This document shows positions 39,501 to 51,706 of a DNA stretch of 64,000 bases, one piece after another. The notes beneath the pieces are model-generated. The model was not told the origin of the DNA. It was given only the letters and a program-made list of their open reading frames with translations, and did not search any database. Origin of the DNA: Candidatus Latescibacterota bacterium (GTDB lineage: Bacteria; Latescibacterota; UBA2968; UBA8231). The stretch lies in contig CBDBIJ010000015.1 of NCBI GenBank assembly GCA_965205655.1, positions 64,001 to 128,000 on the forward strand, given 5' to 3'. Every line of letters begins with the position of its first letter. Position 1 is the stretch's first letter. Position numbers and translations under genes: made by a program.

Positions 39501-41561
39501 CTATATCAGGTTCAGTCCATAGCGCACGAACAGCGGCGCCAAAACAAGTGAAATGACGGACATGAGCTTGATCAGAATGTTCATCGACGGGCCCGATGTG
39601 TCCTTGAAAGGATCGCCCACTGTGTCGCCGACAACAGCGGCCTTGTGGGGATCCGACCCCTTGCCTCCGAGATTGCCTTGCTCGATCCACTTCTTCGCAT
39701 TGTCCCAGGCGCCGCCACTGTTGGCCATCATCAGGGCAAGTAGCACGCCGCTGACCGTCGCTCCGGCCAGCATTCCCCCCAAGGGGACCGGTCCGAGAAT
39801 GAAACCGACGGCGACCGGCGCCAGCACGGCTGTCATACCGGGCAGGACCATCTCCCTGAGAGCAGCCGCGGCGCTGATATCGACACAGCGGCGTGTGTCG
39901 GGCTTTGCCGTTCCGTCCATGAGGCCGGGAATCTCCCGGAACTGGCGCCGCACTTCTTCGACCATTTGGTAGGCCGCCTTGCCCACCGAATTCATCGTCA
40001 TCGCCGCGCCGAGATAGGGTATCATGGCGCCGATGAAGAGCCCGATGACGACGCCGGGCGTGGTGAGATCGACGACGACCGCCTCGCCGCTGGTCTCGCG
40101 CACTGTCGAGACGTACGCCGAGAACAGGGCCAGGGCGGTGAGGGCTGCCGATCCGATGGCGAATCCCTTCCCCATGGCCGCCGTCGTGTTGCCCAGGGCA
40201 TCCAGGCCGTCGGTGATCGCCCGCGTGTCTTCTCCAAGATGGGCCTGCTCGCTTATTCCGCCGGCGTTATCGGCAATCGGTCCGTAGGCGTCGACAGACA
40301 TGGTGATCCCGACAGTCGACAACATTCCCACAGCAGCGACGCCTATGCCATACAGATCGGCGAAGTGGTACCCAAGGCCGATGGCGATGACGATACCGAG
40401 AACCGGCAGGGCCGTGCTCTCCATGCCCACCGCCAAGCCCGTGATGATGTTCGTCGCCGACCCGGTCTTGGAGGCCTCGGCGATGCTGCGGATCGGCGGT
40501 CCGCCGGTGTAGTACTCCGTCAGCAGGCCGATGATGACGCCGACGAGGCTGCCGAAAAGAACGGCCCAGAATACCCCCGTGGAGAGGCCCAGCTCACCTC
40601 CGATCCAGTAGGCGCCTGCCATCATGAGGACGGCCGAGAGCCAGGTGGAGTAGCGCAGTGCGGCGGCGGGATCGACGTTTTGCAAGACCCGGACGGCGAG
40701 CACGCCGAGCAAGGAGGCCGCCAGTCCGATAGTGATGACGAGGAGGGGGTAGGACATGGCAGCCAGGCGCGCCTCCGTTTCCACGACACCGGGCGCCAGA
40801 ATACCCAGCACCGATGCGGAGGCGGTGGCGGCGATGGCGATGGTGGCGATGACGGAGCCCACGTAGGATTCGAAGATGTCGGCGCCCATGCCGGCCACGT
40901 CGCCGACATTGTCCCCCACGTTGTCGGCGATGGTGGCCGGATTGCGGGGATCGTCCTCGGGAATGTTCTCCTCCACCTTGCCCACCAGATCGGCGCCCAC
41001 ATCGGCGCTCTTCGTGAAAATGCCACCTCCGACACGGGCGAACAGAGCGATTGAGCTCGCCCCCATGGCGAAGCCGTTGATGGCGGGGGCATTGTCGGCG
41101 TTGTCCCAGATGCCGAACAGCTGACACAGAGAGCCGATTCCGACCAGCCCGAGACTGGCCACCGCCAGACCCATTACCGCACCTCCCGAAAAAGCCATAT
41201 TGAGCGCTGGACCCTGGCCCCGAGTACTGGCCGCTTGAGCGGTGCGGACGTTGGCTCGGGTCGCCGCCTTCATACCCGAAAACCCGGCGACGATGGAACA
41301 AGCGGCGCCAGCGAGAAAGGCAAAGGCCGTTTCGCGCGGCTCAACGCCCCACAACAACAGCAGAAAGACGGCGACGACGAAGACGAGGAGGATCGTGTAC
41401 TCGCGCTTCAGGAATGCCATGGACCCTTCGTGTATGGCCTCGGCGATGTCGATCATCTCTTGGCTACCGGCATCGTTGGCCTTGATGTAGCGGTAGATGA
41501 TGAGCGCCACGAGCAGTCCGGCTACACCCGCGAAAGGCGCCAAATTCGTCCATGTTTCCAT
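39501..41561 (-). CDS. hppA: Membrane-bound Na+/H+-translocating pyrophosphatase, K+-dependent type
   Basis: [32 protein letters not shown] (Ala form = K+-dependent), [10 protein letters not shown]. Confidence 0.96.
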   Translation of the reverse strand: METWTNLAPFAGVAGLLVALIIYRYIKANDAGSQEMIDIAEAIHEGSMAFLKREYTILLVFVVAVFLLLLWGVEPRETAFAFLAGAACSIVAGFSGMKAATRANVRTAQAASTRGQGPALNMAFSGGAVMGLAVASLGLVGIGSLCQLFGIWDNADNAPAINGFAMGASSIALFARVGGGIFTKSADVGADLVGKVEENIPEDDPRNPATIADNVGDNVGDVAGMGADIFESYVGSVIATIAIAATASASVLGILAPGVVETEARLAAMSYPLLVITIGLAASLLGVLAVRVLQNVDPAAALRYSTWLSAVLMMAGAYWIGGELGLSTGVFWAVLFGSLVGVIIGLLTEYYTGGPPIRSIAEASKTGSATNIITGLAVGMESTALPVLGIVIAIGLGYHFADLYGIGVAAVGMLSTVGITMSVDAYGPIADNAGGISEQAHLGEDTRAITDGLDALGNTTAAMGKGFAIGSAALTALALFSAYVSTVRETSGEAVVVDLTTPGVVIGLFIGAMIPYLGAAMTMNSVGKAAYQMVEEVRRQFREIPGLMDGTAKPDTRRCVDISAAAALREMVLPGMTAVLAPVAVGFILGPVPLGGMLAGATVSGVLLALMMANSGGAWDNAKKWIEQGNLGGKGSDPHKAAVVGDTVGDPFKDTSGPSMNILIKLMSVISLVLAPLFVRYGLNLI

Positions 41562-41595
41562 GTCGTTTATCTCTTTCCCCCCATTCGATACGACC

Positions 41596-42186
41596 TCAGA
41601 GAGGAGGATAGCCGTTGAAGCGATTCATCGCCGCGTCGATCCCCTCCGAGATGCAGCTGGTCACGGCCTCGCATCCTCTTCGCACGAGGCCTTCCACGTC
41701 CTCTCCCGGCTCGAAGCTCGTCAACACGTAGTCGATTTCCACGTCCTCCTCCGGCACCTGCCCGATGCCGAGACGCACGCGGGGAATCTCCTCCGTTCCC
41801 ATGGCATCGATAACGGAAGCCAAGCCATTGTGGCCGCCATCGCCGCCGGCTGCTCTCAGGCGGACGCGTCCGAAATCGAGGTTGAAATCGTCGAGGACGA
41901 TGAGCAGGTCGCCGAAATCGAACGACTCGCGGCTCAAGGCCAGCAAGGCCCGACCGCTCCGGTTCATGTAGGTCTGCGGCTTGACGAGCAGGACCTTCTC
42001 AGATCTCGCCTTCGCCCTGGCGATTAGACTTGTCGGTTCCCCGTCCGGGTTGCTCGACCACGGAGCGGACCATTGGCGAGCCAGGCCGTCAACTACCATG
42101 AAGCCGATATTGTGTCTGGTTCCCGCGTAGCGCGTGCCCGGATTTCCCAGGCCGACGACGACGCGTGCGAGTCCGTGACTCCCCAC
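41596..42186 (-). CDS. pth: Peptidyl-tRNA hydrolase
   Basis: [31 protein letters not shown]. Confidence 0.97.
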   Translation of the reverse strand: MGSHGLARVVVGLGNPGTRYAGTRHNIGFMVVDGLARQWSAPWSSNPDGEPTSLIARAKARSEKVLLVKPQTYMNRSGRALLALSRESFDFGDLLIVLDDFNLDFGRVRLRAAGGDGGHNGLASVIDAMGTEEIPRVRLGIGQVPEEDVEIDYVLTSFEPGEDVEGLVRRGCEAVTSCISEGIDAAMNRFNGYPPL

Positions 42187-42193
42187 TCGACGA

Positions 42194-42928
42194 TCAGCTC
42201 TCCTCGCCGGACTCTTCCTGCGCTTCGCCCTCTGGCTCCTCCGCTTCGGCCGGCGCCTCTTCGCCTTCTGGCAGCTCGCCCTCCTCCAGCTCCACTTCCT
42301 CGTCTTCTGCTGCCAGCTCGATCTCTTCGTCTACCGTCAGTCGCGGCGGCAGCACGCTGACGATGGCCACCCCGGCTTCGGTCGTGATTCGCTTTTCCTG
42401 GTCGAGCAGATCTCCCACATGAATGCTCTGGTCGATCTCAAGATCCGAAATATCGATCTCGATGCGGGATGGCAGCTCTGAGGCCAGACACTCCATCTGT
42501 ACCTGAGTCAGCGTATGCTGCAGCCCACCACCGCCGATACGCACGCCCACCGGGATCCCGCTGGTCACGAGTGGCACATCGATACGGACCCGCTCGTCGG
42601 GGTCGATGCGCTGCATGTCCACGTGCATGATGTCTCCCGTTACCTTGTGGTACTGAATCTCGCGGACGACGGCCCTATCGGGTTCGGCGCCATTACCGTC
42701 GAACTGCAAAAGAAATATGGCATTCTGTCCCCCTTGACTCAGAGCCCGTTCCAGCGACCGCGCCGCGATCTTGAACGCGAGGGGATCCTGTTTATGGCCG
42801 TAAAGAATGCCCGGCAACATGTGATCCTCACGCCGCAGCCGCCCCACCGGGCCCTTGCCCCTCTGCGGTCGGTCTGAGATCGTCAGGCCGACCTCTTCGC
42901 GTTGATAGATCTGCATCTCTACAGCCAT
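42194..42928 (-). CDS. rplY: 50S ribosomal protein L25/Ctc
   Basis: LRR...PGILYG, REIQYH...HVD, GVRIGGG, acidic tail; GAGGAG RBS. Confidence 0.93.
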   Translation of the reverse strand: MAVEMQIYQREEVGLTISDRPQRGKGPVGRLRREDHMLPGILYGHKQDPLAFKIAARSLERALSQGGQNAIFLLQFDGNGAEPDRAVVREIQYHKVTGDIMHVDMQRIDPDERVRIDVPLVTSGIPVGVRIGGGGLQHTLTQVQMECLASELPSRIEIDISDLEIDQSIHVGDLLDQEKRITTEAGVAIVSVLPPRLTVDEEIELAAEDEEVELEEGELPEGEEAPAEAEEPEGEAQEESGEES

Positions 42929-42948
42929 GCGGAACTCCTCGAATTGTC

Positions 42949-43023
42949 TGGCTGCCCGGCGAGGACTCGAACCTCGATAGACGGAACCAAAATCCGTTGT
43001 CCTACCAGTTGAACGACCGGGCA
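42949..43023 (-). tRNA. tRNA-Gln (anticodon UUG)
   Basis: TGCCCGG...ACGGA-TTTTGGT-TCCGT...GGTTCGAGTCC...CCGGGCAGCCA; canonical position after ispE. Confidence 0.95.
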
Positions 43024-43027
43024 ACCT

Positions 43028-43963
43028 CTACAGCACTGGCCGACAAAAAAACGACCGGAACCATTTCGCCTTCAGCCCGTCACAGGCCTGGGAGGCGGCG
43101 TTCCGATCGTCGAATATCCCGTAAACGGCGGACCCGGTCCCGGACATGGAGCATACCCTGGCTCCGGCCCGCCGGACGTGGTCAGCCACTTCTGCGACGA
43201 TGGGGTTGGCTCGTTCGACAAGCGGCTGGAAATCATTCTCCACCACCTCCAGAAGCTCTCGCGAGTCGACGCGCCCGCCGCTAACAGAATCGAGGAACCT
43301 ACGATAGGCCGATGAGATTGTCAAAGGCGGCCGGAGCTGGCCGTATGCCCAGGCAGTGCTGATTTCCACCTCTGGATAGACGAGTACGTAGTGCAGATCG
43401 GTACCCTGAAACTCGATGGTCTCGACGATCTCGCCGCGGCCGCGCACGAGCGCCGTTCCTCCATTGAGAAGAAAGGGAACGTCCGATCCCAGCTGCTCGG
43501 CGAGTTCGAGCAGAGTGTCTTCGGCCAGGCGGGCGCCCGTCACAGTGTTCAGGCCGCGCAAGGTGGCAGCGGCATCGGCACTGCCACCACCCAGCCCGGC
43601 GCCACGCGGAATCAGTTTGTCTAAGTGGAGGTGGAAGTCGACACTGGCTTCGACGTGAGTGCCGAAGAGGCGCACGGCCCTCATCACGAGGTTGTCTTCA
43701 CCAGTCGACAAGCCGGGGTCGTTGCAGCTCATCCTCGACGTCGATCCCGGCGCCGGGTAGAATTGGAGAGTGTCCCCCAGATCGATCGTCTGCATAATAC
43801 TGCGTATTTCGTGAAATCCGTCGTCGCGGCGGCCCAGGACGCAGAGCCCCAGATTGATCTTCGCCCACGCTCTTTCCGTATGCGCGGCATCCTGAGTCAT
43901 GCCACTTTTGGCAGCATCTTTGCCGATTTTGTCATTATGATGTCCACGTGTGTCTTTGGTCAC
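43028..43963 (-). CDS. ispE: 4-diphosphocytidyl-2-C-methyl-D-erythritol kinase
   Basis: AKINLGL, GAGLGGGSADAA, GSDVPF, MSGTGS. Confidence 0.96.
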   Translation of the reverse strand: MTKDTRGHHNDKIGKDAAKSGMTQDAAHTERAWAKINLGLCVLGRRDDGFHEIRSIMQTIDLGDTLQFYPAPGSTSRMSCNDPGLSTGEDNLVMRAVRLFGTHVEASVDFHLHLDKLIPRGAGLGGGSADAAATLRGLNTVTGARLAEDTLLELAEQLGSDVPFLLNGGTALVRGRGEIVETIEFQGTDLHYVLVYPEVEISTAWAYGQLRPPLTISSAYRRFLDSVSGGRVDSRELLEVVENDFQPLVERANPIVAEVADHVRRAGARVCSMSGTGSAVYGIFDDRNAASQACDGLKAKWFRSFFCRPVL

Positions 43964-44017
43964 AGTCGTTTCACATCATACGAGCGAGTATTGACCTGTC
44001 CGGGCACGCGGCATATT

Positions 44018-47000
44018 ATGGGTAACCATATAGAATATACAGGTGTTACCGCGGTTCTACTCTCGCCATCTCGCGCCCTCAGGCGCGTCTCTCCCGCATT
44101 TCATTTGACAGTTTTCACGAATCTCTGGTATTCAATATCGGCGTCGGCCGGCGGCGATCATCAGCGGGTCCAGCGACGAGCGGGCGAGACTGTTTCGGGT
44201 CGGATCCCCCGACTCCGCGCTGCCGCGTTTCTGCTGTTGCTTCCGGCTGCGCTGTGGTCGCAAGATGAGGAGGACGCCTTCAAGCTCGCCCGCAACTTGT
44301 TCCGCGATGCCGGGGATTGGGCAACCTCAGCGGAGCTGTTTTCCGATTTCATCCGCAACTGGCCGGTTTCCTCACACCTGCCGGAAGCCCGACTCATGCT
44401 GGCTCGATCGCTCGACCGAAGTGGTCGCTGCGACCAGGCGATCAAGGCCTACGAGGACTTCTATCAGAACCACGCAGACGACAGCAACACCAGTGTGGCG
44501 CGGCTGGAACGAGCCGGCTGCCTGCGGGATGAGGGCCACCACACCTTGGCCGCCGCGGCCTTCGAAGAAGTGCAGCGGCTCTTCAGCGCCGGTGAGTTTG
44601 CACCCCGAGCGCTGCTCGCCGCCGCCACTGAGTACGCCAGTGTAGGCGATTTAGAGGCGGCCGCCAGGTCGTATCGGCTCGTCCTCTCCGACTACGCCGA
44701 TAGCGACGAGGCCGTGACGTCCCGGCTGCGACTGGCGCAGGTGCTGTTCGCTGCCGGTGAGGCGAATTCTGCTCAGGACGTGCTCGCCGAGCTCGAAGCG
44801 AAGGCTCCGATCTCGGCTCAAGCCCGGAACGGCCTGCTGCTCTCGGGGCGAATCTCCTTGTTCATGTCGGAGCCCGAAGCCGCGAGTCAGGCTTTCTATA
44901 GGTTGCGGCGGGACCACCCCGGCTCACCGCACGCTGACAGCGGTGCTGTCGATCTCGCGAGGCATCTTCTTGAGCGAGGTGATCACAAAAAGGCCGCCGC
45001 GGCGTTCGTCGCCGCAAGAGACCGCGTTTCCGACGAGAGCCTGATGCTGCAGGCCTCCCTCGGACTCGGCGACGCCCAGCGAGCTGGCAGCGCCTACCCA
45101 GGGGCCATCGACACCTATCAGGCGCTGCTGGCGTCGTCCCCGCAGGGGCCCGAGGCGAGGCGCGCCCGCCTCGGTTTGGCAATCGCCTTCGGCTGGGTAG
45201 ACGAGTTCGCCGCCGCCCTCACTCTCTTTCTCGATCTCGCTCGAGCGCCAGACGGTTCCGGCGCCGAATCGACGGCTCTCGACAATGACGTTCGGCTAGG
45301 CGCCCTCCGCGAGTTGGGCAGCCTATGTCGACGACAAGGCGACTTCAGTCGCGCCATCACGTGGTTTCATCGCTATCTCGTGGAGGCGGATCGGGTGGGC
45401 GATACGGGCTTTGCCGAGTCGCGTGTGCAGCGCGATCTCGTCAGACTCAATCTGGCTCACGCCTACATCGGCGCCGGGCACAGCGAGCTCGCCATCGCGG
45501 CATACCGCCAGTTGCAGAGCAGCCCGTCCCCTCTCGCCGAGGAGGCTCACCGAGGTCTCGCCGAGGCCTACGAGCGGTCCGGGTCACCCCGCCTCGCCCT
45601 CGCTGAATACCGCGCTTTCATGGAACGCTTTCCCGGACTGGCCGGGTCGCAGCGCATCCACGACCGAATCGAGTATCTCAGCGATTTCACCGTTCTCGAT
45701 CCGAGCGGGCTGAGCCGCGTTATACAACAGGCCTATCTCGACGAGGTCAACGGTCGTTCACCGCGCTCCAGTCTTCTCAACCTCGCCCACAACCTCAAAG
45801 AGTTTCACGACTACGCCAACGCGGCTCGCACCTTCGAGACCTATGCGGCCTCCTTCGGCGATGACGCGTCGGTTCCCGAGGCTCAGTATTGGCTGGCCGA
45901 GTGCCTGGGGCAGCTGGCACGGCAGCGCCAACTCGAGGGTCGGCTGGCACAATCGGACTCCCTCCGGAAGCTGTCACTCCAGGAGTTGCGCATTCTGTCG
46001 GAAGAGGGCGGAGAATCGTGGTCGCGCCGGGCCCGCCTGAGACTCATCCAGGCCGAGGCTGACGCCGCGCCCGACTCGAGTCGAGAGCAGATCCTGGAAG
46101 CTGACCTGACGGCGTTCCTGGACTCGCAGCAGGACCTGAGCGACAGCTCTGGCGCAACAGATGACGCTGCTGCCGAGGCCGTGATACTGCTGGCCGACCT
46201 GCGACGACGCCGGGCTCGGTCGAACGCGGAGTTGTGGCCGGCGGCGGCAGCGGGCTACAGCGAGTTTCTGCGGCGGTTTGCCCCCACCCACCCGCTGCGG
46301 CACCACGCTCGATTCGGGCTCGCTGTGTGTCTCGTGCAACAAGGGGAGGTCGACAGGGGCGTCGACTCGCTCGAGACACTGCTCGGCGATATGCCCAGCT
46401 CGCCGGTGGTGGCGGAGGCGCTGTTTGCGCTCGGGCAGGCACTTATCGCGCAGGAACGGCACGATCAGGCGGTGGGCCGTTTCAGGGAAATCCTGATGGC
46501 CTACCCGTCGTTCATTCAGCGTCGGACGGTCCTGCGCAAACTGGCCGATACGCATTTCCTGCTTGGAGAAGTTGCGACGGCCGTCAAGCTCTATCGACAG
46601 GTGGCCGAATGGCCCGGTTCGGAAGACGAATCCTACGCCATCCGGTGTCGACTGGCAGAATCTCATAGCCGCCTGGGCCAGCACCGAGAGGCGCTCGAGA
46701 CATACGACAAGCTCCTTTCGATGGGGGCGGCGGAGGCGGACAGCATCGACTTCGAGCGCGGGCGCACTCTCGTGCGCCTGAAGCAAGTCGATGAGGCATT
46801 GCGAGTGTTCACCCGTCTGAGTGGATTGGGGGAGAGCCCCGTATCCGACCGCGCCAGACGGCATGGGGCCGATCTGCTGTTCGAGCAGAGTCGCTATGCC
46901 GAGGCCCACGACATGTACTCACCCCTCGTCGCCGATGGCGATCGGCGAGTTTTCGGTCGAAACGTCATTTGCCTGTGGCGCCTCGACCGCGTCGATGGCG

Positions 47001-47965
47001 CCGAAAACGCAGGCGGCGCATTCGTCAAGCGCTATGGGCGCGACTCTCTGTGGCCGTCCCTCTTCCGGCTCGAGGAGGGTCGTCACTACCTTCGAGGCGG
47101 TATCTACGAAAAGGCCGAGGAGATCTTCGCAAAGCTGGAAAGGGAGACAACCGAAGGCGAGAAACCGAAAGAGTTCGAGGACGAGAGCGCACTTCTGGCG
47201 CCTGCCGCGGAGGACATCGCCGCGGCGGCGGCCTACTTCGCGGCCACGGCGCGGTGGGAGGCGAACAAGTCACAGCCGAGCGAGAAGGGGCTGGCCAAGG
47301 CGCTCAAAGCTCAGATGGATTTTCTCGACAGCTACCCCGACAACCCGTTTGCCGCCAGGACATACCTCCGGCGCGGCGAGTTTCACTACACCCACAAGAG
47401 GTATCTACGCGCGGCGGGAGACTTCAAACGCGTCCTCGAGGACGGCGGAACGAAACAAGAGAAAGAACGCGCAATTTGGATGCTCTTGGCGGCGTACACA
47501 AAGAGTAACGCCTACGACAACGCCTACCGCACGGCTCTGCGACTCACGATGGAGTTTCCGGATCATTCTCAAACGAATGCCGTACAACTCGAAATCGGCT
47601 ACATTCTAAGTCAGATGGGGCAGTACACCTCTGCCATCACTCATCTCGAGGGCGTTCTCGAATGGGCCTCGGGAGATCAGGCCGCCGAGGCTCGCTACCT
47701 CATCGGCGAGGCCTACCAGAACAAGGGCGAGTACCGCACGGCGATAAAGCGCTACTACGACGTCAGCTACCACAGTACTGACGCCTCGAGCCAATGGATC
47801 ACCAATGCCGACTACAAACGCGCCACCTGCCACGAAGCCCTTGGCGAGTTTACCACGGCCATCAGCATTTACGAGAAGATCATCCGGCAGAATGGCAGTG
47901 ACAGCAGCTACGGAAAGGCGGCACGGAAAGCAATCGACTCTCTCCGGGAGCGGGGCGAGGACTGA
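44018..47965 (+). CDS. Large exported tetratricopeptide-repeat protein (BamD/CpoB-like repeats); start uncertain
   Basis: Signal-like RLRAAAFLLLLPAALWSQ near 44210 and many TPR units ending in ..(Y/F/H)P.S. Confidence 0.85.
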   Translation: MGNHIEYTGVTAVLLSPSRALRRVSPAFHLTVFTNLWYSISASAGGDHQRVQRRAGETVSGRIPRLRAAAFLLLLPAALWSQDEEDAFKLARNLFRDAGDWATSAELFSDFIRNWPVSSHLPEARLMLARSLDRSGRCDQAIKAYEDFYQNHADDSNTSVARLERAGCLRDEGHHTLAAAAFEEVQRLFSAGEFAPRALLAAATEYASVGDLEAAARSYRLVLSDYADSDEAVTSRLRLAQVLFAAGEANSAQDVLAELEAKAPISAQARNGLLLSGRISLFMSEPEAASQAFYRLRRDHPGSPHADSGAVDLARHLLERGDHKKAAAAFVAARDRVSDESLMLQASLGLGDAQRAGSAYPGAIDTYQALLASSPQGPEARRARLGLAIAFGWVDEFAAALTLFLDLARAPDGSGAESTALDNDVRLGALRELGSLCRRQGDFSRAITWFHRYLVEADRVGDTGFAESRVQRDLVRLNLAHAYIGAGHSELAIAAYRQLQSSPSPLAEEAHRGLAEAYERSGSPRLALAEYRAFMERFPGLAGSQRIHDRIEYLSDFTVLDPSGLSRVIQQAYLDEVNGRSPRSSLLNLAHNLKEFHDYANAARTFETYAASFGDDASVPEAQYWLAECLGQLARQRQLEGRLAQSDSLRKLSLQELRILSEEGGESWSRRARLRLIQAEADAAPDSSREQILEADLTAFLDSQQDLSDSSGATDDAAAEAVILLADLRRRRARSNAELWPAAAAGYSEFLRRFAPTHPLRHHARFGLAVCLVQQGEVDRGVDSLETLLGDMPSSPVVAEALFALGQALIAQERHDQAVGRFREILMAYPSFIQRRTVLRKLADTHFLLGEVATAVKLYRQVAEWPGSEDESYAIRCRLAESHSRLGQHREALETYDKLLSMGAAEADSIDFERGRTLVRLKQVDEALRVFTRLSGLGESPVSDRARRHGADLLFEQSRYAEAHDMYSPLVADGDRRVFGRNVICLWRLDRVDGAENAGGAFVKRYGRDSLWPSLFRLEEGRHYLRGGIYEKAEEIFAKLERETTEGEKPKEFEDESALLAPAAEDIAAAAAYFAATARWEANKSQPSEKGLAKALKAQMDFLDSYPDNPFAARTYLRRGEFHYTHKRYLRAAGDFKRVLEDGGTKQEKERAIWMLLAAYTKSNAYDNAYRTALRLTMEFPDHSQTNAVQLEIGYILSQMGQYTSAITHLEGVLEWASGDQAAEARYLIGEAYQNKGEYRTAIKRYYDVSYHSTDASSQWITNADYKRATCHEALGEFTTAISIYEKIIRQNGSDSSYGKAARKAIDSLRERGED

Positions 47966-48032
47966 TCTGTCAGTCGGGGCAGGCATGCGCTCGCCTGGCT
48001 GCGACCGGATTTGAGAGGAACGGACGGTACAG

Positions 48033-48710
48033 ATGGAGATTTCCCTGCTTCGCAAAGTCCCGTTGTTCGAGGGACTCAAGGACGACGATCTCGAGGCCAT
48101 CGCCAAGGTGACGATCACCAGGTCCTATTCGAAGGATCCGGTCATCATTCTGGCCGAAGAAGAAGGCGACGCCATGTTCATCATCGAAACGGGACAGGTG
48201 AAGGTGAGCATCGTCAGCGAGGACGGTCGCGAGGTCATCCTGTCTCTTCTCGGTGAAGGCGCCGTCTTCGATGAGCTCTCGCTTCTCGATGGCAAGCCCA
48301 GATCGGCCAATGTGGTGGCCACACAGGATACCGATTTGTACACCGTTCGGCGCAGCGACTTTCTTCAGCTGCTCTACAAGGTCCCGCAGATCGCCATCTC
48401 ACTGCTGGCCGAGCTCGCCGTGCGACTGCGAAAAACGGATCGAAAAATCGAGGGGCTCGCTTTGCTCGACGTCACGAGTCGCATTTCGGAGACCCTGCTA
48501 CAGCTGGCGACCGAGCAGGGAGTCGAGACGGGTGAGGGAATAATCCTCGAGAGTCGTCCGACGCACCAGCAGCTCGCAAACATGTCAGGCACGACGCGGG
48601 AGACGGTTTCTCGGGTGCTGAAGCGACTCGAGAATCAAGGGTATATCACGTCGGAGGGTCGCTCGATCACCATTCTGCGGGAAGATCAGTGGGGCAAATC
48701 GGCCGAGTGA
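48033..48710 (+). CDS. Crp/Fnr family transcriptional regulator
   Basis: cNMP domain (ELSLLDGKPRSA) plus HTH TTRETVSR. Confidence 0.94.
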   Translation: MEISLLRKVPLFEGLKDDDLEAIAKVTITRSYSKDPVIILAEEEGDAMFIIETGQVKVSIVSEDGREVILSLLGEGAVFDELSLLDGKPRSANVVATQDTDLYTVRRSDFLQLLYKVPQIAISLLAELAVRLRKTDRKIEGLALLDVTSRISETLLQLATEQGVETGEGIILESRPTHQQLANMSGTTRETVSRVLKRLENQGYITSEGRSITILREDQWGKSAE

Positions 48711-48737
48711 TCGCCGGGAGAGTCCTCCAGGCGCCTG

Positions 48738-50266
<1,529 letters not shown>

Positions 50267-50270
<4 letters not shown>

Positions 50271-51706
50271 AAGCCGCTTTCTCGCGCCGCTGGATAGCCC
50301 TCCTGCTTGCCTTGGGTGTACCCGCCGGGGCCGTCGAGCCCGCGGACCGGTCCGCCCTGGAAAAACTCAGCAGGACCTTTCGCGACGCTTACAAAGAGGT
50401 CGCCCCGGCCGTCGTTCTCGTGAGAACGACTCCGAGCCACCGGCAGCTGCGGCGACTCCTGCCACAATCTCACCCTGATTTACCTGGGGGTCCTCAGGAC
50501 AGGGAGCGCTTTCCCGGCCTCGGCTCTGGCACCATCGTCAGCGACGACGGTTATATCCTCAGCAATTACCATGTCATTCAGGGTGCTGAGTCCATCCGCG
50601 TTACGCTCTCCGACCGCCGCAGTTTCGGCGCCGAGGTCGTCGGCTTCGACTCCCTCATCGACATCGCCCTGCTCAAGGTGGACGCACGCGAGCTGCCGGT
50701 GGCGTCGCTCGGAAGCTCCGACGAGCTGGAGATCGGCGATTGGGTCCTCGCCATCGGGCACCCTCTTGGCCTGGGATCGACTTTGACCCACGGCATCGTC
50801 TCCGCACTCGGCCGCGCCGCTCGCGTCATCCGGGCCGAGTACAGCATTGAGAGTTTCATCCAGACGAATGCCGTCATCAACCCGGGCAACTCTGGTGGAC
50901 CGCTCCTCAACCTGAGCGGCGAGGTGGTTGGCATCAACACGGCCATCTCGACGAGGACGGGTTGGTATATGGGCTACGGTCTGGCCGTCCCCATCGCCCT
51001 TGCCCAGGAGGCCATGGCCGATATCCTCGAACACGGCCGCGTCGTCCGCGGCTATCTGGGTATCTCTATGGAACAGGTGAACCAGACGCTGGTGGATGAT
51101 ATGCACCTGGCGATGTCCACGCCCCACGGTGTTCACGTCAACAAGACTCTGCCGGGCACACCTGCCGAGCGCAGCGAGTTGACGGAGGGAGACGTCATCC
51201 TGCGAGTCGACGGCATCCCCGTCGACCGCCCGAACGAGGTGCAGACTCTCATCTACGCCCGCGACCCGGGCGACGTCGTCGATCTGTCCGTCCTCAGGGA
51301 CAGCTCGACCCTGCAGATCCAGGTCGTGCTCGGCGAACAGGAGGAAGACCGGCTCCTCGCCGAGGGCCACCGACGCGTCGACGCCCTCGGTATGACGGTG
51401 GAGGTCCTCAGTTACGAGCGGGCCGGGCAGATCGGGTTCACCGACGAGATAGCGGCCCAACTCGGGTTCTCAGAGGATGAGGCCGTCGTCGTCGTCGTCG
51501 ATGTCGACCCCGCCGGTCTGGCTGCGACCAAGGACATCCGTGTCAGCGATGTGATCACGGAGGTCGACGACCGCCGCATCGACTCATTCGACACCTTCTT
51601 CCGCTCCGTGTCGCAGCTCGAAGTAGGTGAATCCGCCCTGTTCTGGCTCTGGCGGCCGCAGCGCGGCATCGATGTGCGCGCCCTTCGGATCGCCGAGGAG
51701 GAATGA
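50267..51706 (+). CDS. DegP/HtrA family serine protease with two PDZ domains
   Basis: SNYHVI, DIALLK, INPGNSGGPL, RGYLGI. Confidence 0.94.
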
